A stretch of 64,000 nucleotides of DNA from a virus. This document shows, in pieces, positions 1-8,462 of this stretch. The position numbers were made by a program, and so were the translations under genes. The notes under the pieces were generated by a model. The model ran no database searches, had not been told where the DNA came from, and saw only the letters and a program-made list of their open reading frames with translations. Position 1 is the stretch's first letter; each line of letters begins with the position of its first letter. The stretch is from the IMG/VR virus record IMGVR_UViG_3300034045_000019; one strand, given 5' to 3'.

Positions 1-70
1 AGGAGAAGAAAAAAATAATATATAAATAAAAAAAAATTACAATATATTATTTTTTATAATATATTATAAC

Positions 71-78
71 TATATTTG
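71..78 (+). promoter_or_regulatory. Bacteroidota sigma-A type -7 element (TAnnTTTG)
   Basis: TATATTTG in the context TAACTATATTTG, identical to the context at 2396-2407. Confidence 0.5.
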
Positions 79-179
79 AAACATGAAAAACATAAGTAGA
101 AATATAATATCCCGCAGATCGAGTTTAGGCTTAAGTGGCTATTGTATTCTATAATTTCTAATTTCACATATTTTATATG

Positions 180-214
180 AAATGGCATTAAGAGAATACT
201 CTTAATGCCATTTT
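180..214 (+). terminator. Intrinsic terminator-like hairpin
   Basis: AAATGGCATTAAGAG-AATA-CTCTTAATGCCATTT, perfect 15-bp stem, ending in TTTT. Confidence 0.7.
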
Positions 215-269
215 CAGTTTATATAAGATATATTTAATAAAAATATTGTAAATATAATACAAATTACAT

Positions 270-353
270 GGAAGATGAATTCAACTGGCGTTGGACCTAG
301 TTTTGAAAACTAGTGGTGCTGAAAGGCATTGGGATCGATACCTACTTCTTCCG
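270..353 (+). tRNA. trnS: tRNA-Ser(TGA), atypical 8/4 acceptor/T-stem type
   Basis: Acceptor GGAAGATG/CTTCTTCC (one U-U), extended D stem TTCAA/TTGGA, anticodon stem CTAGT/ACTAG with loop TT-TGA-AA, long variable arm with GAAA loop, 4-bp T stem TGGG/CCTA, discriminator G. Confidence 0.85.
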
Positions 354-402
354 CATAGTTCATTATTGAACTTAATAATGTTTTGAATGTGAAACATTAT
401 AT

Positions 403-476
403 GCCTCCATAGTTTAAATGGAAAAACCTCCGGTTTCTACCCGGAAGACGTCTGAGTTCGACTCTCAGTGGGGGTA
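403..476 (+). tRNA. trnR: tRNA-Arg(TCT)
   Basis: Acceptor GCCTCCA/TGGGGGT, anticodon stem TCCGG/CCGGA with loop TT-TCT-AC, T arm CTGAG-TTCGACT-CTCAG. Confidence 0.92.
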
Positions 477-483
477 CAAATAT

Positions 484-569
484 AGAAGAGTGTCAGAGTG
501 GTTTATTGTGCAACTTTGCTAAAGTTGTGGCCTGAATAGGGTCCGCAGGTTCGAATCCTGTCTCTTCTG
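484..569 (+). tRNA. trnS: tRNA-Ser(GCT)
   Basis: Acceptor AGAAGAG/CTCTTCT, anticodon stem CAACT/AGTTG with loop TT-GCT-AA, long variable arm, T arm GCAGG-TTCGAAT-CCTGT, discriminator G. Confidence 0.92.
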
Positions 570-579
570 CTATTTTTAT

Positions 580-652
580 GGCTTCATAGTTTAAATGGAA
601 AAATGCACGAATACGGATCGTGTGAGTCTGAGTTCGAATCTCAGTGAGGCCT
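580..652 (+). tRNA. trnR: tRNA-Arg(ACG)
   Basis: Acceptor GGCTTCA/TGAGGCC, anticodon stem CACGA/TCGTG with loop AT-ACG-GA, T arm CTGAG-TTCGAAT-CTCAG. Confidence 0.9.
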
Positions 653-657
653 CTATT

Positions 658-1128
658 TTAATCATTTACATTAATATCAGGTAATATATTAAAAGATGTA
701 ACTTTTGGATAAACTGAACCTAATGTAGCTGGTTTTTTTGTTTGTGTTTTTTCATAAACGGTGTCTAGCTCAACTTTTGTATTATTTTTAACACTTGTGT
801 CTATGCTACCCAACTCGCTTGTTGATTGTTCATTAATAGTCATATCAATTTCACCAAGTTCAACGGTATTTTTTATTGGTATATTTATATCAATTTGACC
901 AAGGTCGATGGTTTCAGTAGTTGGCACAGTATTATATAAGCTGCCTAAATTTGTTGGAGTGTTTGTAATATTAACCGCTTTATTAACACTGCCTAATTTT
1001 ATATCTTTTGGTTGTTTGACAACATCTGCCAATGAAACATTAGGTAATGTTAATTTTTTTATATTTTTTTTTAATGGTATTGTTTCACCATTAATTTCTT
1101 TTGATCTCTCTTTACTTGTTTTAATCAT
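658..1128 (-). CDS. Hypothetical protein with ~15-aa internal repeats (xxLGx[IV][DY])
   Basis: 156-aa ORF; repeats such as TIDLGQID, TVELGEID, TSELGSID; palindromic TATATA motif upstream. Confidence 0.7.
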   Translation of the reverse strand: MIKTSKERSKEINGETIPLKKNIKKLTLPNVSLADVVKQPKDIKLGSVNKAVNITNTPTNLGSLYNTVPTTETIDLGQIDINIPIKNTVELGEIDMTINEQSTSELGSIDTSVKNNTKVELDTVYEKTQTKKPATLGSVYPKVTSFNILPDINVND

Positions 1129-1140
1129 AACTATGTTATT

Positions 1141-1156
1141 TATAATATATATTATA
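1141..1156. promoter_or_regulatory. Palindromic putative bidirectional late promoter
   Basis: TATAATATATATTATA perfect palindrome between divergent starts at 1128 (-) and 1156 (+). Confidence 0.45.
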
Positions 1157-1524
1157 TGGAATTTAAACTAAAATTAAAATATAACCAAGATATAAAAAAA
1201 ACAATCGAGTACAACAATTTAATGCTTGATTTTATACGGTTCACGAGTAATGATATAATGATAACAAATATTAAGTATAACCCTGATACATTAGATGAAG
1301 ACAATATAGTCAGTATCAAATCACAAATAAGTCAAAAGTTATACCAATATTTAAGTGTATTTAGAGATATAAAAAAAAATGAAGCATATATAGATTTATC
1401 AACATTATATGTTAAAATATATTTATTGTCTGGTATACATGTGCAGGTTAAAGATATTGCTAATTTTAATGATATTTCTACCGAAACAAATGCTACTTTA
1501 ATTTATGAAGGTGTATTAAAATAA
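1156..1524 (+). CDS. Hypothetical protein
   Basis: 122-aa ORF filling the gap, A-rich coding bias. Confidence 0.65.
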   Translation: MEFKLKLKYNQDIKKTIEYNNLMLDFIRFTSNDIMITNIKYNPDTLDEDNIVSIKSQISQKLYQYLSVFRDIKKNEAYIDLSTLYVKIYLLSGIHVQVKDIANFNDISTETNATLIYEGVLK

Positions 1525-2313
1525 TGTTAATATATTATTTTCAAACCAATCAGAAGCATCTATAGTTATTAACGTTTTATTGATGTTATAAAAGTCTTTA
1601 AAATATTTTTTAATTCTATCAGCAGATATTTTAACAAATAATTGCCTTTCTTTATTTATACTATTAATTAAATCAATATCAATATCATTAGATACCGGAT
1701 AGTCTAAGAATGCAAATACACGAGATTTATATTTCGCGTCAGTCTCGGTGTCATCTACTGATTCATTAGTTAATATAACAACTGGTGTTTTAACAATTGG
1801 TTTTAATTTTTTTCCTTTTGTCTTATTTTTTTTTAATTTTTTTCGTGCTCTCTTGTTTGTTGAGTTATCTATTTCTAAACCAAAAGAATTCGTTGGAATC
1901 ATTGATGCTGGTAATTTAGTTGTACTTATATCACCAGACCCTGCAGCACCTGGTACACCTGCCACACCTGATAAACCTGGCATAGACACTGCACCCATAC
2001 CAGCAGTATTTGCACCATTCGCGGCAACTGCGTTTTCAAACATTTTCACTATATCTTTTTCAACTGTTAGTCTATTTATTAATGAACCAATATGCTTTTT
2101 TAATTCTTTTTCATTAACTTTACATTTTACGATATATGAATGTTGTGTTAAATTTTTAAAAATATTTGGTATTGTTATTTGCTTATAATAATTTAATTTA
2201 GCACCCGGCTCTGTATATTTAATTTGTACGGTTACTTTATCATTTTCAATTTTTAATACGTCCATGTACCATTTTTCATTGACCCATAGTTGCATATTTT
2301 CTTTTAATTCCAT
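1516..2313 (-). CDS. Hypothetical protein with Gly/Ala-rich and Lys-rich segments
   Basis: Probable start at MELKE (2313) after an AATATATATT motif; ENAVAANGANTAGMGAVSMPG low-complexity segment. Confidence 0.7.
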   Translation of the reverse strand: MELKENMQLWVNEKWYMDVLKIENDKVTVQIKYTEPGAKLNYYKQITIPNIFKNLTQHSYIVKCKVNEKELKKHIGSLINRLTVEKDIVKMFENAVAANGANTAGMGAVSMPGLSGVAGVPGAAGSGDISTTKLPASMIPTNSFGLEIDNSTNKRARKKLKKNKTKGKKLKPIVKTPVVILTNESVDDTETDAKYKSRVFAFLDYPVSNDIDIDLINSINKERQLFVKISADRIKKYFKDFYNINKTLITIDASDWFENNILTLF

Positions 2314-2399
2314 ATAATATATATTTAATAATATGTGCAAGAACTAAAAAAATATATAAAAAAAAGTACAACAGATTTTTTTTTTAAAAAACAAATAAC

Positions 2400-2407
2400 T
2401 ATATTTG
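2400..2407 (+). promoter_or_regulatory. Bacteroidota sigma-A type -7 element (TAnnTTTG)
   Basis: TATATTTG ~40 nt upstream of ATG 2447. Confidence 0.55.
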
Positions 2408-2446
2408 TTGTATAATAATTAATTAATTAAAATAAAAACGAAAATT

Positions 2447-2674
2447 ATGGCTAAAGAAATTTTAGAAAAATCGACAAACACTCATGCAATTGAAGCTGAC
2501 AGCATCGTTGTTAACGAAGTGGAAAATGGTATCTTGAAATTAGATATTAACGGTAAAGGTATTGTAACTCATGGTGAACATGGTACATTAGTAACAGAGT
2601 CAAACACTGTTTACAAATATGTTCAACAAGAATTAAACCCAGTAACTCAAAAGTTACAAAATGCTTACGATTAA
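2447..2674 (+). CDS. Small conserved-looking hypothetical protein (HGEHGTL motif)
   Basis: 75-aa ORF with its own promoter and terminator and host-like codon usage. Confidence 0.85.
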   Translation: MAKEILEKSTNTHAIEADSIVVNEVENGILKLDINGKGIVTHGEHGTLVTESNTVYKYVQQELNPVTQKLQNAYD

Positions 2675-2689
2675 TTTATAATTAATTGT

Positions 2690-2723
2690 AAAAAAAGTCA
2701 TACGGTTGTATGACTTTTTTTTT
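2690..2723 (+). terminator. Intrinsic terminator
   Basis: AAGTCATAC-GGTT-GTATGACTT followed by a T run. Confidence 0.85.
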
Positions 2724-2822
2724 ACAATTTATTTTTTATAAAAAATAAATTATTATACAGTAAAATACAAATATAATTACAAATATGGCAAATACTGTAA
2801 TTTATTATGTACTAAAAAAAAT

Positions 2823-3701
2823 ATGAAACAAATAAGAATAACCAAAGATAATTTTAAAGGTGTAAATACTAACGATACGTATCAAAAATATATTAACGAT
2901 ATATCTAAATCTAAATATGACCCAATTAGTGTAGAATTAGAATTAGAATATTGTAAAAAACTGAAAACTGATAATAAATATAAGACATTATTATTCAATG
3001 CAAACGCTAGATTTGTTGTTTCAGTTGCAAAACAATATAGCCATCGTGGTGAATTAATGGATTTAATAACCGAAGGCAATATTGGGTTGTTACATGCAAT
3101 TGATCGTTTCGATTATACTCAAGGTTTTAAACTTATATCATATGCTGTATGGGACATTAGACGTGTGATGTTGGAGTATTTAAACAATACAAAAAATACA
3201 ATACGTTTACCACAAAATAAAATTTCTGGTATCAATAAAATGAAAACTGTATCGGCACGACTAGAGCAAAAACTAGAACGACAACCAACAGAATTTGAAG
3301 TTGAAGCAGAATTTTTAAAATTAGACTATACCAAATACCAAAATATAAAAAGTTTAAACGGTTTTAAAAGACTACCCAATACAATATCATATGATAATAC
3401 AATAACAGACACAGATAATATGACACTGTTAGACACATTTGCTAGTTATGACAAAGATATATTTTATACACCCAGTTTAAATATAGAACTAAATGATATG
3501 ATGACCCAATTAAAGCGTCGTGAAAAATATATAATTGAACATTATTATGGTATTAACGAAAAAAAACAGCTATCAATTTCCAGTATATCAAAGAAATTAG
3601 AATTGACCGAAACAACAGTTAATAAAATATTAAAACGTGCATTAAAACAATTAAATCGCAAAAATAGAATGGCAAACCAAGTTTTAAATAAGTATTTATA
3701 A
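2823..3701 (+). CDS. RNA polymerase sigma-70 factor, RpoD/RpoH-like (regions 2-4)
   Basis: NARFVVSVAKQY, DLITEGNIGLLHAIDRFD, GFKLISYAVW, C-terminal HTH; resembles Bacteroidota RpoD. Confidence 0.92.
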   Translation: MKQIRITKDNFKGVNTNDTYQKYINDISKSKYDPISVELELEYCKKLKTDNKYKTLLFNANARFVVSVAKQYSHRGELMDLITEGNIGLLHAIDRFDYTQGFKLISYAVWDIRRVMLEYLNNTKNTIRLPQNKISGINKMKTVSARLEQKLERQPTEFEVEAEFLKLDYTKYQNIKSLNGFKRLPNTISYDNTITDTDNMTLLDTFASYDKDIFYTPSLNIELNDMMTQLKRREKYIIEHYYGINEKKQLSISSISKKLELTETTVNKILKRALKQLNRKNRMANQVLNKYL

Positions 3702-3728
3702 TATTAATATATAAATAAAACTTACAAA

Positions 3729-4640
3729 ATGATTACTAGTATAAATGAATTTAAAAAATATGTAGTTAATGAAGGCGGTGGTGCTGGAATTGAATTTAAA
3801 CTGCCGGATGTGTTTGTAGAATTAGAGTATAAATTATATAAAAAAAATGATGAGTATAAAATTGATTTACGTACAAGCACTGTAACTTATGAAGGAAAGT
3901 TATCTGCGATTGGCTATGAAGACGGCATTAATGATGTTGATGCTACAAATATGTTTCAAACTGACGTACCAACGCCAGATGATAAATTATTTGATATAAT
4001 TTATGACGTTTATGGCGATGGTACAAGATACACGGCAAGACAAATTCTTGACGATGCTCAAATGAATGAGGTATTTATGTCATTTCAATTATATGTAGAT
4101 TATAGCAAAATGTATAGTGCTGGTTATATCAGATCAGACGTTAATGTTGGTGATGTAATATTTACTGGCAAAGATACAGATACAGATGCTACTGAAATTG
4201 AAGGTCAATTAGAATGGAATGAAGACGGCAATAAAGTTGTTGGCGATTTTGATGATGATAATGCTGATAATAATAATATATTAACAACGGATTATGTTTC
4301 AAATCATATGTTACCGACTTTAAAAGCTACGAAAAAATTTGTTGAGATGTATAACAATGTGTTTAATTTTCAAGATAATATTAGCGATTTGATAAGAAAT
4401 AATGTAACAATTGCATTTGATAACGGTGATATTGATGACTATTTGTTTCAAACGTATTTATCATCTGGTAAAAACAAGTATAATCGTGAAGATGTGCTAG
4501 AAATTGGGTTTGGTGATACACGAAAAGATGAATTGCCTGATTTAATTAATGATATTGTTGATGTATTAAATGAAGATGAATCTTATATTACATATTTATA
4601 TGATGTACATAATGATGATCTTAACGAACTATATAAATAA
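3729..4640 (+). CDS. Acidic hypothetical protein, putative internal head protein
   Basis: N-terminus MITSINEFKKYVVNE shared with other ORFs; AATATATAA at 3706-3714. Confidence 0.7.
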   Translation: MITSINEFKKYVVNEGGGAGIEFKLPDVFVELEYKLYKKNDEYKIDLRTSTVTYEGKLSAIGYEDGINDVDATNMFQTDVPTPDDKLFDIIYDVYGDGTRYTARQILDDAQMNEVFMSFQLYVDYSKMYSAGYIRSDVNVGDVIFTGKDTDTDATEIEGQLEWNEDGNKVVGDFDDDNADNNNILTTDYVSNHMLPTLKATKKFVEMYNNVFNFQDNISDLIRNNVTIAFDNGDIDDYLFQTYLSSGKNKYNREDVLEIGFGDTRKDELPDLINDIVDVLNEDESYITYLYDVHNDDLNELYK

Positions 4641-4656
4641 TTTATCACATAAAATA

Positions 4657-4704
4657 TAAAATAAAAAAAGAGATTCAACTATTGAATCTCTTTTTTTATT
4701 TTAT
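4657..4704 (+). terminator. Intrinsic terminator
   Basis: AAAAAAAGAGATTCAA-CTA-TTGAATCTCTTTTTTT. Confidence 0.85.
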
Positions 4705-4758
4705 GTAGTTTAACTATAAGAATATATAATTGTAATAATTAAATATAAAGACAGCTAA

Positions 4759-7700
4759 ATGTTTACACCCGCATATAAAAAATTAAAAAAAAATGGTACA
4801 ACGTTATACGTTTTTCCATCTGTAGCAGAAGATAAAAATTTTGAGTCACAAAATACAAATTATAATATGAGATTATCTCATTTTGTACTTGTAAATTTTC
4901 CACGACAAAATGGAGATACGTTTGATTTTGAAAATACTTTTGTACAAAACTCGACATCTGTTCAGCCGTCAAATTTTGCCGATGCCTTAGTTGAGAGTTT
5001 AAGAAATTATGTCGCGAATCATGAAGCAACTATTAGAAATTCAAAAATAAATAACACGGACTCATTTTATGATCCATTTGAGTTGTCAACAACAACAGAA
5101 AAAATATTTTGGAAGTGGTGTAAAAAATTAAAATTGATTGATTTTGAAGTTGCTGATATAAATAACGAATTTAATGGTGCGGACCCAAAGTATAATGATA
5201 ACGGGCCTGTGTCTAATACTACACACTTTAGAGAATATTTATGGAAAGAACGTAGTAACACAATTTATAATGTAACAGCGGCGTCTATATCAACTCCAGC
5301 GACGACGATACCAGCTGTTTTGCCGCCATTAACACCGGGTAAACAATTTGGTACAATAACATTAACTGCGAGTACAAATTTAAAACCAGGTGATTATGTT
5401 TTTGTAAATGAACCTGGCATAGACGCAGTTGGTGGTTTTGGATATAGCCAAGCACAATCGTTATTAAAAGTTGTAGGTTTGGCGACAACCACAACAATAA
5501 ATGACACAATAGTCGTAGAAATAGATGCAACGCTTACAGCATTTCCGGGAACTATTACAGATTATGAAATATATAATGCATACGAAAGATTTGTACAATT
5601 TGTATCTGAGATTGGTGGCATGAATAATGTACAACTGCCAGATAAAGCATACACTGAAACATTTGCATATATATCGCATCAACATGGGCAAATGCCTTAT
5701 TCTTTATGGAATATAAAAACAGATAACAATTATAAACCAAATTCACAATACCCAATTTTACCAAGTGAATATCAAGGTGAAATACAAGGTGGTGAAAATG
5801 TGAATAACCCAATATTAGTTGACCCAACAAACCATCCTGGCGACATATGGGCACACTATGATGATGTTTTAAAATATAAGACATCAACTGGTAATATCAA
5901 CCAACGAAATGGTGATTATTATGGTGTAACAATTAACAATAATTTATCGCCGACATTAAAATATCCTGAATTTGATTCTACAAATTTAGATGGGTTAACA
6001 TTGAATTTGAATATTAATGATTATGCTAAAGCAACATCATATATTTATCCAATTGAAACTTTTGGTGAATTTTGTGGTACTGCATTTAATAATGAACCGC
6101 CTAAAGATTTTGAATTTAATGCAATTTTATGGTATTATACATTAGAAGATGTAAGTGGTAATAATTTAGAGACTGCAACAAATTTATATGGTGTTGAATT
6201 TTTAGATACACCAAATAATGATGTATTAACAGCAAAATCACAAATACCTAAAATTAAAAAATTAGTAAGTAATGGTTATCAAGATGGTACATCTTATACA
6301 TTTAGTTTAGACACAAATATTGTAGTTGATTCAGATGCTCCAGTTCCAACATTTGACCCAGATAAGGTGTATTCACTATTTGGTTTGGATTTGTTTAATG
6401 AAGCAATGATGCGAATTACATATTTTAATGACAAATTAACAGAATTTTTAACATCAAATATTGATATAAATAACAAGTTAAATAATTTAACTAGTATAAT
6501 TTATACACAACAAGACATAACTTCCATCCGTAATAAAATGGACCACCTGGAAAATTTATTAACTTTATATTCAACTTTACAAATAGGTGATTCTGATACC
6601 ATAGTTTCTTACTTAGATACAAGTGTTAATCCGCCATTAGTACGGTTAAAAAGTATAGATAAAAAATATGGTAGTGTATACCAATATTATACATCAGATA
6701 TGTACAATGAAAGTATTAATACGAATTCATTAACACAAGTAACAAATATACCTAAAACTATACCAGTAGTATCTGGTAAAGATTTTTTAGTTATAGTTAA
6801 CAATGATGACATATCTGAGCCAACACCAAGTTATGATACAACTGTAATGCAAGATAAATTAGAGTTAATTTTAGACAAAGATTTACAGTATAAACAATCA
6901 ATTGATATTGAAATAGTGCCAAAATTAGCTGGTTCATTTTCAACACAACCATATCCGTTGCATGATAAAAAACTTCAATTTTTTATTAATTATGATGATG
7001 GTAATAATATAAGTAAATTATTTATAAAGGAATTTAGTTTGCCAGTGCTTAAAAATAAAAATGGTGCTAATTATATCAGTGAAGCTGGTAACGACTTAAA
7101 ATATATACCAAAGTGGAATGTGTTATCTATGTTTTATAGCAAAGAAAACAATAATATTAGAAAAATATCATTCATAGTTGACGCGGATTTGATTAATATG
7201 TCGCCAGGTACAACAACATCATTTTTAGATGCTGGTAAACGAATGTTAGTAGAAAATTTATTAATAGAAAGTGACGCAGTCACACCAACAAATAAATATA
7301 CTGATTTATCATCACAATACGAATTATTTAGCGACGGCTTCAACCCAGTGTATAAACCTGGTCATATTATAGACGTAGAAATAATAAACAGCGGCGCTGG
7401 GTATACAAATGGTGTTTATGTGGAAACTATAACGACTGTTGTTGGCGGTACTAATGTTAATACTAATATTGAATTCACCGTAGTAGGTGGTTCAATTATT
7501 AATGCTGAAATTATATCATCTAATTTATTACGAACACCAGACAACGTTGTTATTTATCCAGTTACTATTAATGGTAGTACAGGTACAACACAAGCCAATA
7601 TTAAATTTATACCTAAAGCTATAACAAAAATAACAATTGCGTTCAACCCTGTAGTTAATACTGATATAACTGCGATGTTTGCAAGTTATGATACTGTTTT

Positions 7701-7878
7701 TAATGTGAATTCAATGCCGTTAAATGTAATGTTTAATATGACAAAATATTGCAAGCTTTTACCGACAATAACATTATTGAAGTCATACAAAATAAAAATA
7801 ACTAGAATAAGTGAGGATATTAATATACAAAGTGCGGATATTAATAAACGATATGATATAAAAATAACTACAAATTAA
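4759..7878 (+). CDS. Large virion structural protein (tail/baseplate region)
   Basis: 1039 aa, beta-rich, VEIINSGAGYT motif typical of tail/baseplate proteins, lies upstream of the baseplate wedge gene. Confidence 0.6.
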   Translation: MFTPAYKKLKKNGTTLYVFPSVAEDKNFESQNTNYNMRLSHFVLVNFPRQNGDTFDFENTFVQNSTSVQPSNFADALVESLRNYVANHEATIRNSKINNTDSFYDPFELSTTTEKIFWKWCKKLKLIDFEVADINNEFNGADPKYNDNGPVSNTTHFREYLWKERSNTIYNVTAASISTPATTIPAVLPPLTPGKQFGTITLTASTNLKPGDYVFVNEPGIDAVGGFGYSQAQSLLKVVGLATTTTINDTIVVEIDATLTAFPGTITDYEIYNAYERFVQFVSEIGGMNNVQLPDKAYTETFAYISHQHGQMPYSLWNIKTDNNYKPNSQYPILPSEYQGEIQGGENVNNPILVDPTNHPGDIWAHYDDVLKYKTSTGNINQRNGDYYGVTINNNLSPTLKYPEFDSTNLDGLTLNLNINDYAKATSYIYPIETFGEFCGTAFNNEPPKDFEFNAILWYYTLEDVSGNNLETATNLYGVEFLDTPNNDVLTAKSQIPKIKKLVSNGYQDGTSYTFSLDTNIVVDSDAPVPTFDPDKVYSLFGLDLFNEAMMRITYFNDKLTEFLTSNIDINNKLNNLTSIIYTQQDITSIRNKMDHLENLLTLYSTLQIGDSDTIVSYLDTSVNPPLVRLKSIDKKYGSVYQYYTSDMYNESINTNSLTQVTNIPKTIPVVSGKDFLVIVNNDDISEPTPSYDTTVMQDKLELILDKDLQYKQSIDIEIVPKLAGSFSTQPYPLHDKKLQFFINYDDGNNISKLFIKEFSLPVLKNKNGANYISEAGNDLKYIPKWNVLSMFYSKENNNIRKISFIVDADLINMSPGTTTSFLDAGKRMLVENLLIESDAVTPTNKYTDLSSQYELFSDGFNPVYKPGHIIDVEIINSGAGYTNGVYVETITTVVGGTNVNTNIEFTVVGGSIINAEIISSNLLRTPDNVVIYPVTINGSTGTTQANIKFIPKAITKITIAFNPVVNTDITAMFASYDTVFNVNSMPLNVMFNMTKYCKLLPTITLLKSYKIKITRISEDINIQSADINKRYDIKITTN

Positions 7879-7879
7879 T

Positions 7880-8461
7880 ATGATTGAACAATTTGAAAAT
7901 ATAATTAAAAAATATAAAGCGTTATTTTTCGATAAAGTGTGGGAGCAAACTGATGATGGTTATAAATTAATTTATAATATACAAGGGTTATCTGACGGCA
8001 GTAATTTTTTACCAAACTTAAAATTTATTTTTTGGTATGATAATAACAAAGAAAATGTTAAAGATATTTTAACATATTTATTAGGTCTTAATTGCGAATA
8101 CAGTAGTATTAAAATACGAAATGACATACAAGAGGTATTTGAAAACGTTTTAAAATATATAAAAAATAATAAAACAAATTCACAATTGAGTGATTTTATT
8201 ATTAATGGAGTAAACAGGTTTAATAAGTTATTAAGTGCTGAGCATGATCCTATCGTTGGCATTGAATATATCCCACCAGGAAATAGCCCATGTATTAAAA
8301 CAATATATCGATTTGATATTGAAACGATTAATGATACTTTTGAAATAGGATTAGAATATAAAACAAATGGTGATATTTTGTTAACCTATGACATGGACAA
8401 ATATGAAATTTCTATATTTGATGATATATACATTAAAATAATAAATTTAATATCTAAATAA
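7880..8461 (+). CDS. Hypothetical protein
   Basis: 193-aa ORF tightly coupled to its neighbours. Confidence 0.75.
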   Translation: MIEQFENIIKKYKALFFDKVWEQTDDGYKLIYNIQGLSDGSNFLPNLKFIFWYDNNKENVKDILTYLLGLNCEYSSIKIRNDIQEVFENVLKYIKNNKTNSQLSDFIINGVNRFNKLLSAEHDPIVGIEYIPPGNSPCIKTIYRFDIETINDTFEIGLEYKTNGDILLTYDMDKYEISIFDDIYIKIINLISK

Positions 8462-8462
8462 T

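Noticed and set aside
270-353. tRNA-Sec (it starts GGAAGAT like selC and has a long D stem)
   Set aside because: The anticodon is TGA (reads UCA, Ser), not TCA; no Sec machinery is visible
356-400. Small AT-rich inverted repeats between the tRNAs
   Set aside because: They are short, AT-only stems expected by chance at this base composition
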